This document shows positions 44,624 through 58,067 of a stretch of DNA of 64,000 bases, piece by piece; the first letter of the stretch is position 1; each line of letters starts with the position of its first letter. Source of the DNA: Amoebophrya sp. A120 (lineage: Eukaryota; Protista; Dinoflagellata); assembly GCA_905178155.1 (NCBI GenBank), contig CAJINV010000008.1, positions 3,105,303 through 3,169,302 on the forward strand, read 5' to 3'. The notes beneath the pieces were generated by a model. That model had not been told where the DNA came from. It worked only from the letters and a program-made list of their open reading frames with translations, and made no database searches. Position numbers and translations under genes: made by a program.

Positions 44624-47600
44624 AAAGCTGTGAGAAAATTGCCCAAATGAACTCCCCAAGAGGAGAGAACCTCTCCCAAAAAAGAGGGCTTCCCAAAGAA
44701 AAAGCCTTTTGCTGTACTTTGGTACCTCCAAGTTACAGAGAAAGGCTCTGGCGTATGCTTTGTGGCAGAAAGTATACAACCAAGGCCTCTTTCTCTGGGC
44801 CCTCGCATTTGCGTCTGGCCGCCAACTGATGCCATTTTCGGCAAGTTCTAACTGGGAACTTGCCAAATTTGTAGCTGTTCTGTGTTTCTTGTGGAATTTT
44901 TCGGGGCGAAGAGAGACACTCCGAAAGCGCCGCTCGCGATAGCAGCCTGGCGCTTCATGGCCATGGTCGTGGGCATTTAGGCAGCGTTTTCAGAGCCACC
45001 CTTTTGCTAGGCCAACTTCACTCCGACAATCTGGCGGGCGAGGATCTGTGCGCTAATGGGTCGCGGAGAGGGGGATCTCTCTCGGCGACCCCAGCACATG
45101 CAGACTCGCTTTGTTTTCTTGGATCCAAAAAGCTTGCGGCTTTCTGTCGCAAGTGCTACCGGCCGGCTGCCACACTCTGCTGATCAGGAGCAGCACCACG
45201 CGCAATCGGTATGTTGACGCACCTAAAATGGAGGCATCCGGCAGGACCCGAGACGCCCCCAGCCGCCACTCGCGACGTGATGCCTACCCTTGTGGAAACA
45301 GAGGGAAAGGGATTCATGTTGAAGTTTCTTTGCTGAGGCCAGGGCCACAAAGGAATGCCAAAATAAATACAGGAGCCAATGCCTCGCACGTCGGCACAGC
45401 AACTACATGCAGCCGTGCTGTTCAGACACAAAAAATAAACACGCTGGTCGTCACTAGTTCTGCCTAACCAAACCGGCCACTATTGGCATTTTCAGTGCCT
45501 GCGTGCCTGCTCGTGTAGTTGCAGTCCGCTGCCAGCATCTTCATTCATCACAACCACAAGCTGCGCTCAGGGAGTCAAGACTTATTTGATGTAGTTTCTC
45601 AATTTATCGATCCAGTGGCAACCAAGCCTGGAGGCGTAGGCGCTACCTCCAGTGCCTTTTTCCGCTGATAGATTTGCAGTTTTTCTTTCAGAATGAAACC
45701 ACAGAGAAGAAAATATGATGCCTCTCCCGCGTCCGCGTCAGCTGAGGCTGGACCGATAAATACAAAGTAAGAGCGTTTCTCTTTCTCGCGTCGGAATTTC
45801 TTCGCCCGCTGAGCCAGCTGTCTGTCTTTTATTCGGTGGCGCTGACAGTTTGCGTGAAGCTCGAGCAGAAACTACTCAGACGGTAAAAAAAAAAGTCCTC
45901 CAGTGTCGGCGTCGCGTCGCGGCGCGGTCATTGTCCTCGCGAGTCGGAAATGTGGTCCTCCGGTCGTGCACCTCCAACACGGTACCAGAGGCCAATGAAA
46001 GTTGCCTCCGCCCTCGTCAGTGCCGCGTTCGGACGGGTGTTCATCATCAGTGCAACTGATAGAGATGTGCTCTCTGCACTCCCCTTCCTGCTGGGGAATA
46101 ATGATTGGAGCAGCGGGACGGGTTCGGGGTACTTTCTGGGACGCGTTTGCGTTTCGGCACTGCGATATAATATAGATGCTACTGACGACGACGAGGGCCC
46201 GACAGTATGACACTGCCTGGTGAAGCTTCGTCGTTGACGTATATTCGTTTTGTAAAATTCCGGTAAAAGTATGACTGCGCACTAGCCGTAGCCGGCTGCC
46301 AAGCCTATTGCGCTGGTTTGGCGTCCATTCCCATTCGCAAGAACTTCCGCACTTCCTCGCGGAAGCTAGGTGCCCGTCCTCGGACCTCCTCCGTCGCACC
46401 CCCATTCGCAGACCGTTGCCGGCGTGGCTCAAGGCTTTGAGTTTGCACTGGCGGCCCGACAAGGGTGTGTAACCTGGGTAGCTTCAGCGGGATGATGAAA
46501 TCAAAACAATTGCGCGCGCTATGGCATTCGCAAACGTTGCAGCCCGCGGCTGCGTATAAAAACGAAGCTTCTTGTCGCTTTCAGGCACAGACGTCAACTC
46601 TTTACGATTTCCTTCGTATTTTCCGCCAATTTTCCCGCTGGGGCTGACATTGCAAAAAGTCCCGCTTTCCTGTTGAGTTGTTGCTACGTGATGCATCAGA
46701 CCCGTAGCACCACCATGGCCCCCGGTGCGATCCACCTCCAAGCTATTTCGCCTAACAATTTCGCGACGCACGAAATAGCACTAGAATTCTTCTGGCCAAG
46801 TCTCCAGCATCCGTATGCACTGCAGGACGCGCAACAACCCCCCCCTGCCTCCCCCTTGCCTTCTCGCTTTTGCTGCAGTAGCCTCGCAGCGCAAGCGCAT
46901 CCATATGCCATGAAGTCCCGTTCCTAAGCTAAAAAAATCAAAAAGACGAAAGCGAAGAATCTTCCACATGGCTGGCCGATGGATAGGCTGCCAGCCGGCC
47001 CCGCGACTCCTCCCAGCAAATTTGTGAGCAGAAGCCGCCCGTGAGGCCCGCGCCCGCCCACCTGCGTGAATACCGTGCGGCACGGGGCGCGCATTGTTCT
47101 CCGTGAACAAAGTAGGGCAGCAGCCAAATAGTGTGCGTGGGCTTTTGGCTCGCAAATTTGTGCGCCAGCAATGCGCGCGCCGGAAGGATGGCCTGACACC
47201 TCCGCCCCCCTTCCCGAGTTTCCCTCCTTTTTTTTTTCAGAATTTCTGCGGCACGAAAAAACGCAAGAAACGTGATCAGAGCCTTCCCTCCAGCATATGG
47301 GTCTGAAGCTTTTGAAGACGGCCCAGCATGTCTTTTGTCCCCAATTGCCGCGATGGTGCTAGTGGGATACCCCTGGCCCTCTTCTGGGATGCCTGCCAGC
47401 ATTGGCCGCCATGGCCCGCTCCCTCCGGCCCACCAATGCAGGCGCGCGCCCCGATGAGCCCCGTCGCGGGCGCACTTGTTGGCACGCACCAAGATTGGGG
47501 CGGAGGTGGTTCGCAAGCGCATCAAATGGGGCCAATTCTCGCGGTGGCGCCCTCCCGCCCCCCTTGCAATTTCCGTGGCGCATAGACTCCAGAGCCCCCA

Positions 47601-50600
47601 CTGTGTGGCGTACTCGCGGCGCGGCAGCCCCTGACATTAATGTGCCCAGCGGGGTGGCGCGGTTTTGTTGAGTTCCTCGCCCCCCCACCTACCACAATAG
47701 TATGAACGCCGCGCGGTATTACGCCCCTGGCAGTTGTGTGCGCGAGATGCCTTCGGCGTGTCGCTCTCTGCGCCGCGCACCTAACGAAGGCCGGCGGACA
47801 TGTTGCGAGACTGGCGCGCCCGGTGTCACAGCGCAGGCGGCTGGGCATCATGTGAGCACTCCAGCCGCCGCCCGTGACGTTTCGCTCCCTCCCTGCCTGG
47901 CACCCGGTCCGCCGGGTGGCTGTGGTGCTTCCTTTTGTGTTGTTAGTTTGTTACGATGGGGCGGAGATGATTTTCGCGCCCGCCGTGCGTCGTAGCGAGC
48001 CAGCGAGCCTTTGGATTTTCGTCCGGGCCGGGGGTTGCCTCGCTCTGTTTTTTGGCACCGGCAAGGCGCAGCCGGGCGGGGTCCTTGGGAGGCCATGGGC
48101 TGTGTCGATTGAGGTGGGGCGTCGGCCATGCGCTCAGACCTCCGTCCAACCGCGACCGAAGTACGCGACCCATGCCCTTCTCCTGGCTGGATGATCTCCC
48201 CGCAGCGGCCGCCGCCGTGACCCCAGTAGCTAAGGCCTGCAATTATCAAGGACGGACGCGGCGGCGGTCGTGCTAGCAGGGAACCGCCGGCGGGGGGTAC
48301 CGCTCGCCGCGCGATTGAGCGAGGCCGGTGCGCCGGCAAAGGTAGGTGGCGCCCTTCCAAGTTGCCCGGCACGCCTAATTCCACCGAATTGGGGCCCCAA
48401 AAACAGGGGCGCCAAAAAATTGGCGGCGGGGAAAACAGGGCGAGTCCGCATGGTATGGGCCTCCACCGATTTGGCCTGCCTGGCTGTGTTTGAAGGCCTA
48501 GGCCGCGAAGGTGGCCACAATCAAAAATCTGGAACCCACCCGCCTGCAATGTGGGAGGCAGGCCAAAAAGTGGGGCCCTCGGCCCAAACAAAAAAACTGA
48601 AAAACGCAAGGGCCGCAAAAAGATCAAAGCCAGCCCGCACATTATTGGCCCGATTTTGGGCGCCCAAGGGGCCGACCCTGGTGGAGGCCGGCCCTAGCAG
48701 GGCCGCAGCATGCAGGGAAGCCTTTGCTTCGAGCTTTCAGGACACACAGGGAGGTGGGGGCCGGGCGTCGTGACTTCTATCAATCACCCGCGACACCAGA
48801 ACGCGGCGCAAGGAACATGCTACGCGACGGAAGGCGCACGACAAAATAAAAAAGGAAATACCTCGCTCATGGGAATGCGCGAGAGCAGTAAGGGAAACGG
48901 GGCCGGGTACTGAAAGCGTTAGTGGACTTGAGAACGCTCGCACGCCTGCACTGCGCTCGTTACCAACAGCGGCGGAGCTCTCTCGTTTGCAAGGGGGCAA
49001 GCAAGTGCCGCAAGTCAGTCTCTTGCTGCGCTACATCCGGCGGGCTCATTTCATCCAGGCCCACCAAGGACATCGCGCCAATTCATCATCTCGCTCCCCA
49101 TCTGAATTCATCTGTAGGATATCGCTATGAACATAGTGAGAGACCCCTTCAGGATCTGGGCCTCACTGCCCCCGCGGAGGGACGCGGTAGTGGCTGCCGA
49201 AATACTTACTACTGTAGTAGCATTGTGAAAGCTATCTGCAACGGCGTCAAACGAGGGCAACTCGGCGGCGGCTTTTTTCTTGGGCGCTGGGGCTGGCTGG
49301 TTCTCCGTATGATTCCCCTCGTTCAAAGAGTTCAAGCACCCCCGTGGCGCGGCGTGTTCCGCGCTGATTCATTAGCCAGGACGAAGGAAGGCCCGCCCGC
49401 CTACCATTGATTGTCAAGCACCGTGCGTGGGCCCATCCGTGGAACTGCCTCCATCCGTGACCAAGGACATGCGTGGCAACGTTGGCGGCCCCTTTGGGGG
49501 GGTGTTCCTGAAGTCTGTGAAGGTGGTGAGGGGGCCACGCGGTAGCGTGCTGGTTCCGAAGTGATGGAATTCATGGCGGCCTTGTGCGAGCCTTGACGGG
49601 ATGCAGCGCAGCGAGAGGCGTTCGCCCTGCCCGTTATGGGGCTGAGTTGGCTGAGTGACCCGCCCAGGAGCTACAGAGCAGGGGCGCCCCTCAGCCACTC
49701 AGCCTGCCGCGGCCGGGGGTATGTTCAACAAAGTGCAGCAAGAAAGAAAGCAAAGGAAAGGGGCCGGCTGCGCCTTCCAGAGAAGGAACGGGCGCCCAGA
49801 ATTACCATCCGGGCGGGCGCGTTCTTGCCTTGCTTTTGACAAAATTGCCCAAGTTAGTTTGAGTGCGAGAACTTAGTCGCTGGGCTTTTCAGGGGAATGC
49901 TTCGCGCGTTCTTTTGTCAGTAGCCCTATGCGTGGGCTTTGCCCCGAGCGACACCCAGGGCAAAGGCCATACCCTCCTGAGCGTTTGCCAGCCCTCCCAC
50001 CCTTCCCGTTCGTGCCGGGCCTGCGCAGGTTCCTGGGCCCCGGGGCTCCGTTTCCCCCCGGGAAAGTTACTGTGTTTGCCGGACGCCGTCCATCAACCTG
50101 CCTTCCCCTCCTGAGCGAGTCTCGCTCAGGCCCGGCGCGGTGAGTGAGCCCGGGCGGCGCTTCGGCCCGGCGCCCATATTCCTTCGCCTTGAGTGCCGAA
50201 AGCGTGGGCCAGCTCTTCTTTCACTGCGGACGAAGGGAGCTGGTTCCGTGTGACGGATAAAAGAAAAAAAGCGCTGCTCTGTTGAAGGTCTTCAGTGTGG
50301 GGGCGCGAGCCTCTTATTGTCATTACATGCAATCAGTGCGCCGTCTGCTCTGAGGTCCCCGCCCGGGGTTTTGACTTTGAGTGGCTCTCTCGTTTTTGGG
50401 AAGTTTCTTGGTTGCCTGTATTGCGCGCGCTGTGTTTGCCTTCTTCCATACGTTGCGCGATTCGCAAGCCCAAGCCGCCCTTTCCCATAAGCACTAGACT
50501 TGGGGCTTTTTTTTTGACGCCCTGAAATGGTGCCGAGATTCCTCCCGGGTCCCGAAGGAGAAGATGACTAGCGGCGGAGTTTTATTTTGACACTTTAATA

Positions 50601-50679
50601 CTTTGTGCCCACAGTATAGATACACCCTCAGGCATTGGCATACTGAGGGCCATCCGCTGCCGCTCACTTCGGTCAAGAG

Positions 50680-51300
50680 ATGTGGGAGAGAGCTGATCCC
50701 CCTTCGTCGAATTCCGAGGCCTTGTCAATGACCAACGCAAGTCTGCCACTCGTGTTTGACATACGCCGTATGTTGCCGCCAGCTGGTGGCGACCGCGCGC
50801 TGCAGACTGCTGCGTCAGCGCTACAAAGGACACTCACAGGAAAAAGCGGCTTTTATGAGAAGGTTTTACACTTCAGAGACCAGCTTAAACTAAGCACTCC
50901 AGTGGCGAAAACGTTAAAACACTTAATCGGCGACGGCAAGCACCACAAGTATACCCGCGAGGAGAAACTTGGAAGGATTAAAAAACTGTTGGAACACGCA
51001 GAAAATGTCGCCACTGACAAAGCAAAAATGGTACATGACGGGATTAAACACGCGGCGACAGCGATACGAGACGCGGATGAGCAGATGCTCGAATACGCAA
51101 AAAGCGTCGCTAGTAGAATATGCTTAATTGAAGTACTATAGAGAAAAACATGGAAGATCCTTCAGAAGAAGACTCTACAGAAGACCCACAAAAGGCAGCA
51201 GCAACCTTTTGAAGATTGAAGAATAGGCAGGGAAAAACCTCGACAAATAAATTTAGAAAGACGTCGCTGCTGTTTGCGGAAGTCATTCTCATTTTTTTAT
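50680..51300 (+). pseudogene. Coding-like island with frameshift/stops, unknown helical protein
   Basis: ORF 50680-51141 (EKLGRIKKLLEHAENVATDKAKMVHDGIKHAATAIRDADEQMLEYAK) continues in another frame (EKNMEDPSEEDSTEDPQK) and then hits stops. Confidence 0.45.
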
Positions 51301-54300
51301 AATCTTCAAGAGGTCAGGTTGGTAGCTTCCCTCCAGTTTAGACTTTCGGTGAAATCTGCAGCACGAATTCGCTTTTAAAATCTTAAGTAGAAAACAGGTG
51401 GGCCCGCAAACTTTCTGCTGAAGCTTTTAAACCTTCAGAAGCTGGCTACGTCTCTGCCTCCTGAAATTTGGCACAAAGCCCGCGCCCTTTGTTTCCAAAA
51501 TGGCAAAAAGCGCAAAATAATGGACAGCGCCTCACCCACTCTGGCGGTTTCTGCCCCTCTGGCGGCCGAGTCTGCTGGGAAATGGCCGAAGAACTCCACA
51601 ACCACGCCGCAAACGTCTGCAGTGGAACCGTCTGAAGAGTTTGCGAGCTACTGCACGGGGCCAACCTACTCCTGTAGGCGCCTCGAATAACATACAGAAT
51701 TCTACCAGAAGCCCTACAGTGGCTCTGCGCTGTTTCAAGCTGCCCGCCCTACATCGGCGCAATCCAAACTCGGGCGCCTGGCCCGTGCCAAATAGAAAAT
51801 AAAGGGCTGAGCGGTGCGCAGTATGGCCTTCGACCGTGAAGAGCTCGCGCACGCAGGTTGCCGAAGCAACAGCGCACAGAAGCCATCGCCGTGCCGCTTC
51901 CGAATATATAGCAAAAACAAAAAAGAAGCCCCAGGCGTTTGAAGGTCCCACACGCACGCAGCTGCCTTCTTCTGTGTTGCTATGCATCCATGGGCGCGAT
52001 GTCGCCCCGTATCGTGAGGCCCGCAGAGAAGCGCGCGCAGGTAGCAGCGCAAGAAGGCAAATGGCTGCCACATATTACCGCGCCCGCCCAAGCGAGTGCG
52101 CGGGCTTCTCTGGTTGATAGCCTGGAGGGGGTACACATCAGTGGGAGCGCGCCTTGCATGTGGTGAGGCCGCCGCCCGGTTCTACCCGAGGTAGAAACTT
52201 TTTTCACAGCCAAGCCGCGAAACGGCCGGCGGCTTATTTCTGGCGGCCGGGCGCGCTTTTGAAAGCACAAAAAGAGCGGTCGCCCCCCAATTGGCTCGAG
52301 TCAGTTCTATCGATTGCCGATGGACAAAACGACGCAGGGGGGCCGGCAAAAGCGGCCACCCTTCTGCGCCACCCAGCGTGCCGGACCCCGCCAACTTATT
52401 TGGGGCGCCCAGGCCAGAATAAAACGTCAATATATAATTTGCCGGCGGTAAAAAACTAGCGGGCCCGCATGGTAAGGGTTGCAAGCATTTTTGCCCGCAT
52501 TTGAAGGACGCAAAGCCGGCCAACGAAGTCGGGCATCTGCGCACGCGTGCAGAAAGCCAAGGCGTGCGCTTCTTTCCAATCTCAAACAAAAAACTCATAC
52601 AAGAAGGCGAACGGCTTCGCTTGTCTGTGCCCCGGGCTGCGTGTCAGCGCAGGCGCGAAGGCGCTACGGCTGCCCTCAAAGATGGCCGGGCCGGCTGGTG
52701 ACAGTGGCGCCAGGCAGCCAGCCCCTGGTAGGTTCGGGTAGGTTCAGCGTGTGGGGCTTCGTACTATTTCCAAAGGCTTGCAGGGTAGGTTTCGCGTTGT
52801 CGGTTTTCTCGGGTAGATTGGGCTCCCTGCTTTTCACATATTGCCCAGGGCGCCCGGACTCTTTTTTGATGGATTGGGGCCGCCTCTAATGTTTTCCATT
52901 CGTGTTGCGGGCCCGCAGCCGTGGCGCCGCCTGCTTTTGTCTTTCTATCTCGGTTCGCCCCCCGGCTTGAGAGCGCCCCCGGCCTTCTTTCTTTGCCAGG
53001 CAGGCTCTGTGGGCTCTGTGATCGATTGCTTTCCAAAAAGCTGGCCGCGTGCGCGCCTTGCGCCGTCTTTGCGTGTTTGCGCCCCCGGGCTTTTGGGCGA
53101 ACGTCATGCAGTCGCGCAGGCTTGGGCTTGGCGGCGGCGAGGCCTTTCGTCGGTTTGCGAAATCGGTGGCGTGTGTGCGGTGGGCCTTTGTCAGTTTTCG
53201 GCGCAGTTTTATCGCGCGGCGACGTTTGTGCGCGTCTTGTGTTTCTCTGTTTTTGGTCGGACCCGCGACAACCACCGTGGTAGCGATTGCGATACGATAA
53301 ACTCTGCAGCGGGAGCTGTTTAAAGTGCGCACAAAAGAGCATCGCCATTGGTTTTTTTGGGTTGCGCGCTACACTTTGGCCTAGTTTTCGCATTCGGGCA
53401 AATTCAAAGGCCAGCGCGAAACAACTAAGCCGCAAAGCAATGCGAAACCCAACAGCGCTGGGAGTTTTCATCTTTATAGCATAAACTGGGGGAGAAGTAG
53501 CCCAAGAACGAAAGGGGGAAGAGCAAAAGCCGGCGAAGGTTGGGGGTGGGCTGCCCGGCAAATGCGGGGGGGGGCGGCCGCAGGCCAACAGGCCCCCCCG
53601 CCCGGGCGTTTTTTTGGAAAGCAATGCCGCAAATTTGCGGGAATTTTGAAGATTGTCCGGCGCTTTGGCGGGTCGCTCGCTAATCTGGGTCGGGTTCTGG
53701 GGTTTTGCCAGATTGATGCTGGTGGGCGGTCGGGGCTCCGGCGTTTGTTGCCCGAGTTCTTCCATTCATTTGGGGCTTTGGTTGGTTGGATGTTTTCCAT
53801 TTGGGGCGTTTCGAAATTGACGGCAGCCGGGAGGGGCTCTGTCGGTCGGTCCCGGACGAAGGGAGTCGCGGCGCATCAAATTGCAGCACTCGCCAAGAAT
53901 GACGCAGCTCGATGGTCAAAGGGGCACGCAACTAGGCCCCAACTGGTGTGATTTCCCGAAGCCGGGACGCTGCCACTAGGCATGCAATCGGGCGCGCAAT
54001 TTTCCGCCAGTTCTAAGCACATTTTTTGCGACAGCAAAGGAGTTGCTTTCGTTTTCGCGCCCCCCCTCGGGTTGGACACGAATGGGCGAAAAATAAAAAT
54101 TGGGCGCCCAGTTCCATGCCTAGTTGGAGCATCCATTTTAGAAAGCCGCCCCACAGTTGCGCCGCTAAGCGGCGAAAAATCGGGCACCCAGTTGAAGCAA
54201 AGCGGCGCACTTTTTCGAAGCTCTCGGGAAAGCATGGAAGCAAAGCCGCACCCATGATAGAGGGCCTTGGCGGTTTTGCGTCTATAGTTCCGGGCGTTGG

Positions 54301-55659
54301 TTTTGCCCCGGGGTGTGTTTTGGTGTGAATGTGGGTGGGGCGACTTGTTTCTCTGTGTGTTTCATACGCCGCGCGGGCATGTCGGGCGCATGATTTCGCT
54401 GCCGGCCTTCTTCATCGATCCACAACACCCCCACCCCGGTGCGGCATGGTTTTCAAACTTGCAAACTTTTTGGGCGGGGGCTGGCGCTTTTCTTGGCCCG
54501 GGCCCGCTCGCCCGGGGGGCCGGGTTTGCCGCTCCTGGGGGCAGTTTTTGTGCCCTGGGTGCTGTGGGCGCAACCCATGGACGCCTCGCAAGCCCTCGCC
54601 CTCATCCCGGGGAGCGCCTTCATTCTTTTGATCGTCGGCCGTGGCCATTCCGGTGCCGTCCTCTGCGCTGCCTATGTGCGGCAGGGCCTTTGGGGGCCCG
54701 TGTCCTTTCCGGATCAGTTGCCATGGCCTGCTTGTGCTTTTCGACCTGGCGCAGAAGGCGGTGGCGCGACAGGCCTGGAGTTGGCGCCGCTGGGTTGCTT
54801 TCGCGCGGCCGCGCCCATTGACTGCGTGCGTTCGCCCCCTCCCTGTTCGGGCCGTGCGCCATGCTTTTCTTTTTGGCTTTCGCGCCTCTGCCCACTTAAA
54901 ACCGGGCCGCCCGGGCGGGCGCCGTGTAATTAAGCCGGGAGGCGCTACCATGTACATGACGAAGAGAGCGCAGCAAAGTAGCTGCGGCGCATTCCATTCT
55001 TTGCAGGGGGCCAAGCTAGCAAAGCGCTGCGCGCGCGGCGGCTGTTGACCTTCCCGCGTCGCGAAATTTGTTGCATTGTACGCAAGGTTAGGAAGGATTT
55101 CCCGTCCGCGCTTCCCCTCGGCGTGAACAAACAAAAAAACACGCCCACGCAAGTACAGGACCCGCCTGCGCGTCGTTGGTTTCTCGCAGGTTGGTAGCCG
55201 CCTACTGGTTGCGCCCCCCCTTCTCAGGCCGCACATTTGTGCAGGAAAATGGCGACCGGCGGGCATTCTGATTGAATGCGAGGGCGCTTGGGCTGCTCGC
55301 GCTCCAAGAAAAACCAAAAACCGCGCCCCCGGCCGGGCTCTTTGTTGTCCTCCCTGAAACAAAGAAAGAAGGCCGCAGAAGTATCGCGACGGACGCACCT
55401 GCGTGCGCGCGGACGCTGCGTCCCCTGGGCAAAAGCCGCCCGAGCGGCGCGGCCCCACCTGCCGGGCCCTTTTTGGTTGCGTAGGTAGCGGCGCGCGGCG
55501 TTTGGCGCTGCCTCAGCCGCCGGAGCGAGCGAACACCTCCCGCGAGCAGCCCTCTCCCCGACGGCCTCCGCCGGGGGTGGCTCGCTGGTTTTTCATATGT
55601 TGCGCCTCCAGTCTGAAGGGCCGAGGCGCTGTTTTTCCCATTGTGCAGCCGTGGGTATT

Positions 55660-56249
55660 GGTAATTCCGGAGGCAACAAAAAAGCGGATAAAAGAAGCCG
55701 CACACGGATTGTCCAAAGACTTGGAAAAGCTTAAGAAGGCGACTGGAGACACCCTAAAAGGCGCCTACGAAGCCGTCCACGAGTGGGAAAAAAAGCTTGC
55801 CTCTGGCTATCGCCGTGCGGTGCAGTCGAAACTGAGCAAATATCTGGGCGTTTTAAAATCGACAGCAGCGGACAAGGGAGCGCACGTGATGAGTAAGATA
55901 GTGAAGGTAACTTCGGGCGCCAAGGTGGCGGAGTTCTTCTTCACTCTATTCAAAAAGGAAGTCAGCAAGCAGCTTAGCCGAGTACTTCCTGACGCCAAAG
56001 CAAAACAAGCGCTATATGTCCCGAGATCCAAGATAGCGAAAGTTTTCATGTGGTATGTTTGAAAAGCGAGCGCTCCGGTTCATCCCGGACACTAGCCAGC
56101 TGCTCGAGTTTCGGCGATTTGAATTGGCCCACTTGACGCGGTTCTTCGCGCTTGCTTGTAGCAAAGCTGTAGGGGCCTCTCATCGTTTCACAACAGAACA
56201 GATCTCGGACTCGGGGCGAGTCGAAAACTTCTTCTGGGAGAGCGAGTAG
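55660..56249 (+). pseudogene. Coding-like island (Lys-rich helical), probably decayed or an exon
   Basis: KKRIKEAAHGLSKDLEKLKKATGDTLKGAYEAVHEWEKKLASG...; lower GC than flanks; apparent frame switch near 56055. Confidence 0.45.
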
Positions 56250-57310
56250 TCGCAAGCCGTGCCAGGCAACTGAGTGGATGCCCTGAGGTGTGTGACATTT
56301 TCGAAAAGAACGGTAAACGCGACCCCCGTGGCCCATGTGAAAGAGCGGGCGAGGCCGCCCACGGTGTCGCGCGAAAAGAGGGCTGCGCCGCCGGCTGTCG
56401 CTTCAAAATTCGCGCACGCCGCCTACAGCAATGCCGTCGCCCGGGGCCTGGCCAAAATTGACGTCGCCCGCCTTCCGAGCACAATTTTGCGCCGGGCGGC
56501 GTCAATTTTTCCCGAGCAGGCCCCGGGTAATTGTTCCACCGCAGAAAGGCCAAAGCGAACCTTTGGTGAACAAAAGCGAAAACTGCCGAAACCCGAAAAG
56601 CGTACTCATTGAAATCGCAATGAAAATCGGCGCGCGGCAATTTTTTTTTGCCCTTGTTGCGTCAGCTGTTTTTCAGGTTTTCGTGATTTCGCTAAAGTGG
56701 TTTCGATCTTTTCTCATTGACAGCTGTCGTGCTTCGGATTTTCTTTGTTTCAGATTTTGTTTCGGATTTTGGTGCGCATATTGTTTCAGATTTTGATGAG
56801 CAAAATGTTGTTGGAGAGTTTCATGAAAATTTCTGTTGCCCGTTTTTCTATGATACTAAATTCTGTGGCACGGCCGCGCTTTCAACTCTTCTACCTAATA
56901 CTTTTGCGCCCAAGTCCCGAAAGGTTTTTTCCAGGGCCACATATATACATCTGGCGCCGCAAAGATTGTCGCGGCAGCCGCCCTCTGAAACACGGCACGA
57001 GAACCACCAACAACACGAGCTCCACCAGACAGTTGCGGCGGGGTGACTGAGGGCTTGGGGATCAGTTCTGCCAGAGTGTCACAGCTGCGTGCCCGGCGCC
57101 GCCGGGCAGCGTTACAGCGTCAGTTCTGCGCAAAGTTACCCCACGCCGCGGCGGCGTGGGATAACTTTGCGCAGGGTGGGCAGCTGCAAGCATGTGCCCG
57201 GCACAATCCAGGGATCTGGAATCATGAGCGTCATTCCAGGACATCTGCGTGGTTTCTTTTTTCGTTTTCCGGGTTTTGTATTTTGCCCTCTTGGTTCTCC
57301 GGGATATTTG

Positions 57311-58067
57311 AACCGATATTGCGCCGCACCTCCAAACAGTTGCGACGACCTTTATCAATGACGTCATTGCGCACCAGCTCTGGAACGGGCTACATGAATC
57401 CTTCACACACCATCACGACGCGCAGGTGGCGGAGGGGGACGCCCATCTTAATGATAGCCCAGATGCAGCTGCAGAAGCAGGCAAGGAAGAATACAGTGCC
57501 GACCCCCAAGACAAACTCCAGGCACAAGCAATTACCGCCGTTGAATCCTTAGTCATACAGATGCTAAGCGATATCCTGCAAGTCGTGTTCCTGGAAACGA
57601 CCTGGACGGGTATATCCAGGAATGTAATGACTTTCGTTGATGATATGTGCGTCACGTCGCTGGAGCTGCTGATTGTCGCGACAAGCATAGGCGTATCTAT
57701 CCCCTACCCAGTTTTGGAGAAAATCTGCCACATCATAGTGGAAAAACCCTTTGAAACGCACGTCATGAACGCAGTTCCCAAGTTCCTGATGGGAACGACG
57801 AGCGAAGGGCTGCGAATGATTCTCGGAAAGAGCAATACGGTACACACAGTCGCGACTGCCATTGCCAACGTCATCGTGGATACCGAGAAGGGGCCTCCGG
57901 CTGTTACTGGTCATCTTATAACGTGGCACCAATTCCTTCATACCCTATGCCGCCAGGAACCAAATGCAAAAGTAGAACACTGGCAACCCTATGACTTTCG
58001 ACGTAGATGCCCGAAGTCAGTGTTTGCATCGCGATTGCCCAATTGTTTATTTGTTATTGCGCATTAA
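57311..58067 (+). CDS. Coding-like segment of unknown protein (exon or pseudogene fragment)
   Basis: Open frame DIAPHLQTVATTFINDVIAHQLWNG...QAQAITAVESLVIQMLSDILQVVFLETTW...; protein-like composition. Confidence 0.5.

Noticed and set aside
46280-46310. Possible dinoflagellate spliced-leader relic (CCGTAGCC)
   Set aside because: Only 8 nt match; the rest (ATTTTGGCTCAAG) is absent.
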